From assembly GCA_964590575.1 (NCBI GenBank), contig CAZPWM010000052.1:1-21090 (forward strand): 21,090 bases of DNA, given 5' to 3'. The DNA comes from an uncultured archaeon (GTDB lineage Archaea; Asgardarchaeota; Thorarchaeia; Thorarchaeales; Thorarchaeaceae). Positions 15,650 to 21,090 of the stretch are shown piece by piece. Positions within the stretch are counted from its first letter, which is position 1. Each line of letters opens with the position of its first letter. The position numbers were made by a program, and so were the translations under genes. The notes beneath the pieces were generated by a model. It saw only the letters and a list, made by a program, of their open reading frames with translations, was not told the DNA's origin and did no database searches.

Positions 15650-17955
15650 CTTTTAGCACCAGCATATTGTGTAGTTAAAAGACGTCTTATCCGTCCTGCA
15701 ATCTTAGGTCCAACACCTTTCACATTTTGTAGGTCTTTCTGATCTGCAGAGAAGACATTCTCCAAGGTACCAAACTCTGAAAGGATTGCCCTGGACGTCA
15801 CAGTATCGACACCTGGAAATCCTGAAAGGATATACTCCAGAGCTTCGGCGTCAGTTCCTTTTGCATCCCCTGAACGAGTTCGTAGAGGCTTATTCGATTC
15901 TACTTGTTCAAGACGCGCAATCCGATAGAGAACATTAGCTGTTTCTTCAGCGTTTCGAGTCCAGAGAATCGGGACTTGAATTCTTATAGCAATTGATGCA
16001 AGAGCACCATATATTGAAGCTGGATTCACTGCACGAAGTCCTAGTATCTGTTCGCCCTCGATTATAAGGACTGGACGACGATATGCTGAACGTAGTGCGG
16101 ACAACTGGACAAAGAGACGACCATCAATAAGTGACTGAATGAAATCTCCAGTTTCTTTGCGCTCAATTGCTACATCCTCTGAAGCAACGTAATCACCAAT
16201 CTCTAGACTCTCTCCAGATATCTCAACATCAAGTCGGGTAAGCTCACGTGCAACAGCTGTAGGAAGTTCTCTAGAGTCAACAATGAGTCGGATGTGATTG
16301 TCATCTCTCTTTGGAGCTTTACTCACCATATGTTCTGAGGCTCGCTCATCTTTCTCGCTCACAAACTCCTCAAGACTTGTCTGTTTCTCATCATCATCTT
16401 TCTCAGCCTCTTTGAGAGCTGAAGGCATTTTCTTCAATTTATTGATCACACTCCAGTGATAGAACTCATCATGAGTTCCTTTCGCTACAAAGATCACTAC
16501 CCGTCCAGGAGACCGGCGCCCTGTTCTACCCCGCCTTTGGATATAGGGCACAACAGATGGAACACAGTCATAGAACACAACTAGGTTGCACTCTGGTATG
16601 TCAAGACCCTCCTCACCTACTTGTGTAGCAACTAAGATGTTGAACTCGTTATTTCGAAACCCATCAAGAATCTCGACCTGTTTTTTCTGACTGAATCCCT
16701 TGTCAGAGCCGCGAGAACTCTGTCCCACAAAACGACTTACTCGGGCCTCATCCAGTTGTTCCAAGGTTTCGCTGACTTCAACAGCTGTATCTCGAAAACG
16801 TGTAAAAATCAAGATGTGCGAATCTAAATTTACTGATAGTTGTTCGCTTACAATCTCTAGTATAGCATCAGCCTTAGGATGTCTGTGTCCCTTGTCTATT
16901 AGCGCCTCAAGCAGACTCTCAAACTGCTTGAACTCAGACCTAGACACCAAATCTTTGACACCCTTCGAACTTTTCTTGTTCCGGATTTCCTCATAGACTC
17001 CCTGAATATACCTATGAGTTGGCGTTAATCCTTGAGTTCCTATGAACTCTAACAGATGGATAATCCGTAAGAGCGCAGTGAGATTCCGAATGGCAAGATA
17101 GAGTCCCTGAGGTGGTTTTGTGTATGACCCAATCTCTTTTCGAACTTCACTCTGAGTTCTCAATATCTCCTTTCGAGTCATACGTCTTGTGTCTGGAAGA
17201 CTGAATCCTTGGTTGATTACTGGCATTCTATAGACATCAATGATTGAGTAGAGGATGTCTCTCAGTACCTCAATCTCTGGAGGTAACGCGATGAAACGCA
17301 TCTCTGAATCCACTGAAACAACATAGTCACGTACATCTCTACTCTTTTCATCTCTCACCTCAACATGCGAAAGTTTGAGGTTCTCACAGACTGTTCTGAT
17401 GTGCTCGGCTTGGTGACCGGGGGATGCGGTCAGACCAAGACCTCTTGCATTGGTTCCCTGCTTCTCATACAGTTCTGCAATGAAGGTATATGCGTAATTT
17501 CCTACACCACGATGTGCTTCGTCAAAGACTATCAATGATACATCATCAAGACGATAACTCCTCTGGACTAGGTCATTTTGCAATGCTTGAGGAGTCATCA
17601 CCACTACACGAGCTTCCCTCCAGATGTCTTTTCTCTGGTCGGGAGAATCATGTCCAGTCAAACAGACAATCAGACTCTCGTCAAGATCTAGTACTCTCCT
17701 CAAATAGCGCGCTTGTTGGTCCACTAAAGGTCTGGACGGAGCTAAGAAAAGGACCTTAGAATCAGGATGCTGCACTAAGCGTTTTGCTGCAACGAGAGCA
17801 GCTATTACTGTCTTTCCAAGCCCCGTGCTGAGGACTATCATGGTGCTCTCTCTGGCTGCGACCTCTGCAAGATTGACCTGATACGCTCTATATTCTACAC
17901 TATTCCTGCGTATCATTGCCTCTATCACGTAGGATTCGTTTGCAGACAATACCAA
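15646..17955 (-). CDS. hef: Hef (FANCM/XPF-like) DEAH helicase fused to ERCC4 nuclease
   Basis: 'STGLGKT', 'DEAH', 'GLTASPG', 'EEGLDIP' and 'QRRGRTGR'. Nuclease domain 'VDSRE', 'GDY' and 'IERK'. C-terminal (HhH)2 'PGVD...VKGVGPKIA'. Confidence 0.95.
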   Translation of the reverse strand: MVLSANESYVIEAMIRRNSVEYRAYQVNLAEVAARESTMIVLSTGLGKTVIAALVAAKRLVQHPDSKVLFLAPSRPLVDQQARYLRRVLDLDESLIVCLTGHDSPDQRKDIWREARVVVMTPQALQNDLVQRSYRLDDVSLIVFDEAHRGVGNYAYTFIAELYEKQGTNARGLGLTASPGHQAEHIRTVCENLKLSHVEVRDEKSRDVRDYVVSVDSEMRFIALPPEIEVLRDILYSIIDVYRMPVINQGFSLPDTRRMTRKEILRTQSEVRKEIGSYTKPPQGLYLAIRNLTALLRIIHLLEFIGTQGLTPTHRYIQGVYEEIRNKKSSKGVKDLVSRSEFKQFESLLEALIDKGHRHPKADAILEIVSEQLSVNLDSHILIFTRFRDTAVEVSETLEQLDEARVSRFVGQSSRGSDKGFSQKKQVEILDGFRNNEFNILVATQVGEEGLDIPECNLVVFYDCVPSVVPYIQRRGRTGRRSPGRVVIFVAKGTHDEFYHWSVINKLKKMPSALKEAEKDDDEKQTSLEEFVSEKDERASEHMVSKAPKRDDNHIRLIVDSRELPTAVARELTRLDVEISGESLEIGDYVASEDVAIERKETGDFIQSLIDGRLFVQLSALRSAYRRPVLIIEGEQILGLRAVNPASIYGALASIAIRIQVPILWTRNAEETANVLYRIARLEQVESNKPLRTRSGDAKGTDAEALEYILSGFPGVDTVTSRAILSEFGTLENVFSADQKDLQNVKGVGPKIAGRIRRLLTTQYAGAKS

Positions 17956-18052
17956 GGCCTCATAGAATAGGTCATTCCCAACTATCAGTGATAATACTCA
18001 CTGTAAAAAGCCTCCTACAAACAGAAGAAGTAGAGCAAGGAGCCGAATTGAT

Positions 18053-18397
18053 ATGACTACTACTACTACTAAGGAAGCCATGCCCAGCGTCGAAGCAGAG
18101 CTATATGAGCTCAGCATGCCCGGAAGACTGTTGGGGAAGGAAGTTCTCGATAACAGAGCTAAAAGAATTGGCATTGTACGAAGCATCAGAATCGCGCTCA
18201 ATCCCACTCGCTCAGAACTTATTGTAAAGGGCGCCGAAGTGGAATTCCCTGTTGATTTCTCAAAGGTTGATGCAGTTGGGACTGTAATCCAGCTGAATTC
18301 AGTGGTGAAAGATGCAGAGGAGATTGAAGTCCATGATGTTATTCGTCTCCAGAAAGAAGTTCTGGATGACATCAAATCATATCTAGGGGCACGGTAA
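18053..18397 (+). CDS. PRC-barrel domain protein
   Basis: 'LLGKEVLDNRAKRIGIVRSIRI' and 'VDFSKVDAVGTVIQL' match the PRC-barrel pattern. Has an added C-terminal helix. Start could be 18053 or 18080. Confidence 0.75.
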   Translation: MTTTTTKEAMPSVEAELYELSMPGRLLGKEVLDNRAKRIGIVRSIRIALNPTRSELIVKGAEVEFPVDFSKVDAVGTVIQLNSVVKDAEEIEVHDVIRLQKEVLDDIKSYLGAR

Positions 18398-18467
18398 AAA
18401 CCACATTTGGTAATTTCGAAGGATTCTTTATGGTGGGCGTTGCATCTCCACATCTGGAGGCATCTCC

Positions 18468-19289
18468 ATGGACCTCACTGTAGAAAAACTAGCTAAGATG
18501 ATTGATCACACAGTTCTCAAACCGGAAACTACCCAATCAAAGATCAAACAGCTGTGTGACGAAGCGGTAATCTATGATTTTGCAGCTGTATGTATCAATC
18601 CTGTCCATGCTGCTTATGCTGCAGAGCTTTTGAAGGACACCTCCGTGAAAGTGTGTGTTGTAGTTGGATTTCCGCTCGGTGCTACAACCCCTGAGGTAAA
18701 AGCCTTTGAAACAAAAACTGTTGTGAGTGCAGGAGCTCATGAAGTTGACATGGTCATGAATATTGGAGCAATGCGCGATGAGAACTTTGACCTTGTAAAA
18801 CACGACATCGAGTCAGTGGTAAGCACCTCCGGAGACGCACATGTTAAGGTCATACTTGAGACTGGGTTTTTCAAGGACGACCAGAAAAGAAAGGCATGTC
18901 TCATATGTAAGGAGGCTGGAGCTGATTTTGTCAAGACTTCAACTGGTTTTGGTCCTATGGGGGCAACCCCTCATGATGTTATGCTGATGCGTGAAACAGT
19001 AGGTCCCTCAATGGGTGTTAAAGCAGCAGGGGGTATTCGTTCATTCAAAGACGCGATACGTCTTGTAGATGCGGGAGCTGACCGACTCGGAACCAGCGCT
19101 GGTGTTGCTATTGTCGAAGACTTTCGATGGGCTCAATATAGTGACTCATGGATGGCTCCTGACAAACCTTGCTGGACCTGTCCAAGTCGAATGGCAAACA
19201 TGGCGAAACAACCGAAAGAGGTCTATATGTGGTACAAAGAGCGATGCCTTACCTGTCCTGATAAGGTACATAATGTCTTCAACGATTAG
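18468..19289 (+). CDS. deoC: Deoxyribose-phosphate aldolase with C-terminal Cys4 extension
   Basis: 'IDHTVLKP', 'VVGFPLG', 'EVDMV', 'KVILETG', Schiff-base 'FVKTSTGF', 'VKAAGGIR' and 'RLGTS'. GGAGG SD upstream. Confidence 0.96.
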   Translation: MDLTVEKLAKMIDHTVLKPETTQSKIKQLCDEAVIYDFAAVCINPVHAAYAAELLKDTSVKVCVVVGFPLGATTPEVKAFETKTVVSAGAHEVDMVMNIGAMRDENFDLVKHDIESVVSTSGDAHVKVILETGFFKDDQKRKACLICKEAGADFVKTSTGFGPMGATPHDVMLMRETVGPSMGVKAAGGIRSFKDAIRLVDAGADRLGTSAGVAIVEDFRWAQYSDSWMAPDKPCWTCPSRMANMAKQPKEVYMWYKERCLTCPDKVHNVFND

Positions 19290-19301
19290 GAGGTATGATA
19301 A

Positions 19302-21090
19302 TTGTCTAAATCTTCTCTCTATTCAGATGCCCCGATTCTGCATGTTTTCTTGAATGATAAGAGTATTCGTAGAGAATCACTCCCTCCTGATTTGTATGAA
19401 CAATACCTTGGAGGCAGAGGGCTTGGAGTCAAACTCCTATTCGATAACCTTGCTCCAGGAACTGATGCCTTATCTCCTGAAAACTTGCTTGTGTTTGCAG
19501 TAGGTCCCTCAACAGCAACAAGTGTACCAACGGCTGGACGATTCGTTGTAATCACAAAGTCTCCAACAACCGGCACAATCTTTGACTCCCACGCAGGAGG
19601 GTACTTTGGAGCTCAGCTTAGACATGCAGGATTTGCAGCAGTGGTTTTTCATGGAAAGGCTGACACTCCCGTGTATCTATGGATTAATGATGACAATGTT
19701 GAGATTAGAGAAGCCTCTAAAATCTGGGGTAAGGATACCTATGCCACCACAGATGCGCTACTGGAAGAAACCGATTCTAAGGCTCAAGTAGCATGCATTG
19801 GTCCGGCTGGTGAGAATCTGGGCCTCATGGCTGCAATAATGACAGACAAGCATCGAGCTGCGGGTCGTGGAGGTGTTGGTGCAGTCATGGGTTCAAAGAA
19901 CCTAAAGGCAATAGTTGCAAAAGGGACAGGAGAGGTTGGCGTTCATGATCCAGAACGACTCAAAGTTGCAGTAGAACGCGCTCGCAGACTAATCAAGAAA
20001 AATGCTGTGACTGACAAATCTCTACCTATCTATGGTACACCTGTACTTGTTAGTGTAGTCAACGAGCTGGGAATGCTACCCACACACAACTTTCAGGAAG
20101 GCACATTTAACGATGCTGAGGGCGTATCTGGCGAGAAACTCCTTGAACGGTTCTCTGCAGGGACATATCATTGCCATGGATGCCCAATTGGATGTGGTCG
20201 TATTAGCCTGATTCAAGGTAAGAAGGTTGGAGGTCCTGAATACGAGTCACTCTGGGCACTTGGACCCCAATGCGGAATAAATGACCTTGAATGGATTGCT
20301 ATTGCAAATGACAAATGCAATCTTCTTGGTCTAGATACTATATCTACAGGGTCTACAATTGGAGCTGCAATGGAACTTGTAGAAAAGGGCAAGCTCGATG
20401 CGCCTCTGAAGTTCGGCGACACCTCAGGATTGCTTGACTTCATAGATGACATGGCTCATATGCGAGGTCTTGGAGCCAAAATGAGTGAAGGGTCAAAGAG
20501 GCTTGCTGAACGGTACGGTGCGCCAGAACTTGCAATGCAAGTAAAGGGTCTTGAACTTCCTGCTTATGATCCGCGTGGTGTACAAGGACATGCTCTTGGC
20601 TATGCCACATCAAACCGTGGAGGTTGTCACTTGCGGTCGTATTTGATTGGCCCCGAAGTTCTGGGGTTTCCAGTACTTGTTGACCGTGATAGACCTGATG
20701 GTAAGGCAGATCTTGTGATGCTCTACCAGGATTTGTCCGCAGCTATGGATTGTATGGTTGTCTGCCGTTTCACAAACTTTGCTTGGACCGTTGACGATTA
20801 TGCAGAGATGGTATCAGCTGGAACAGGATTCGAACTCAGTGGTCGCGATTTGCTCCGTTTGGGTGAGCGAATCTATAATCTGGAGCGACTGTTCAATCTC
20901 CGGGAAGGATTCACAGCTAAGGATGATACTCTCCCACCCAGGTTCTTCAAGCCGCTACCAGAAGGAGGTTCAAGAAAACGTATAGTACATCTTGATGAGA
21001 TGCTACCTGAGTACTACCTGCTCCGTGGCTGGGATAACGAGGGTCGACCAACTAACGAAACGTTGCGAAAATTGGACATTCCGGTTTCTT
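19302..21090 (+). CDS. aor: Tungsten-dependent aldehyde:ferredoxin oxidoreductase (AOR family); stop lies just beyond the window and the gene is absent from the ORF track
   Basis: Hand translation from TTG 19302 (after AGGAGGT) gives an open frame of 596 codons to the window end. Motifs: 'YLGGRGLG', 'KSPTTG', 'IGPAGEN', 'AAGRGGVGAVMGSKNLKAI', Fe-S 'CHGCPIGC', 'PEYES', 'DTISTG', 'YDPR', 'RGGCH', 'DTLPPRF' and 'YY..RGWD..G.P'. Confidence 0.95.
   Translation, partial: MSKSSLYSDAPILHVFLNDKSIRRESLPPDLYEQYLGGRGLGVKLLFDNLAPGTDALSPENLLVFAVGPSTATSVPTAGRFVVITKSPTTGTIFDSHAGGYFGAQLRHAGFAAVVFHGKADTPVYLWINDDNVEIREASKIWGKDTYATTDALLEETDSKAQVACIGPAGENLGLMAAIMTDKHRAAGRGGVGAVMGSKNLKAIVAKGTGEVGVHDPERLKVAVERARRLIKKNAVTDKSLPIYGTPVLVSVVNELGMLPTHNFQEGTFNDAEGVSGEKLLERFSAGTYHCHGCPIGCGRISLIQGKKVGGPEYESLWALGPQCGINDLEWIAIANDKCNLLGLDTISTGSTIGAAMELVEKGKLDAPLKFGDTSGLLDFIDDMAHMRGLGAKMSEGSKRLAERYGAPELAMQVKGLELPAYDPRGVQGHALGYATSNRGGCHLRSYLIGPEVLGFPVLVDRDRPDGKADLVMLYQDLSAAMDCMVVCRFTNFAWTVDDYAEMVSAGTGFELSGRDLLRLGERIYNLERLFNLREGFTAKDDTLPPRFFKPLPEGGSRKRIVHLDEMLPEYYLLRGWDNEGRPTNETLRKLDIPVS

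Noticed and set aside
18056-18070. (ACT)5 microsatellite as a phase-variation site
   Set aside because: It is a short in-frame triplet repeat, so length changes would not shift the frame.
19069-20985. Short ORFs listed over the last 2 kb (64-94 aa range)
   Set aside because: They are alternate-frame or antisense shadows of the continuous deoC and aor frames. The same applies to the small ORFs overlapping srp54, atpA, atpB, the radical SAM gene and hef.
7128-21090. A single DNA uptake-and-catabolism system uniting the pilin-like gene, udg, hef and deoC-aor
   Set aside because: The genes are spread over different strands and operons among housekeeping genes, with no shared regulatory motif seen. 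The theme may be coincidental, so the parts are reported separately.

Overview
Archaeal core-genome window. The gene set and protein style suggest Asgard archaea, possibly Thorarchaeota-like, but this is inference. It holds 22 protein genes and I saw no RNA genes, IS elements or CRISPR arrays. Order: 3' part of rpl10e, then on the minus strand trmJ, a DRG/OBG-TGS GTPase, a shortened TrmY-like protein and srp54. Divergently follow an orphan pyrI and a fragmented A/V-type ATPase cluster (F-A-[family-4 UDG variant + 4-TM pilin-like membrane protein]-B, with no D, I, K, E or C). Next come a DUF6884-like gene, a basic hypothetical protein, DUF2095, a B12-binding-type radical SAM enzyme and archaeal glmU, then two winged-helix regulators, the Hef helicase/nuclease and a PRC-barrel protein. 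The window ends with a deoC-aor pair; aor is missing from the ORF track because it runs off the window. Most notable: (i) a DeoC carrying an extra C-terminal CxxC-x21-CxxC domain, placed 12 bp upstream of a tungsten-type aldehyde:ferredoxin oxidoreductase, a plausible deoxyribose-to-acetate module; (ii) a two-gene insertion between atpA and atpB; (iii) degenerate motifs in the UDG, TrmY and GTPase.
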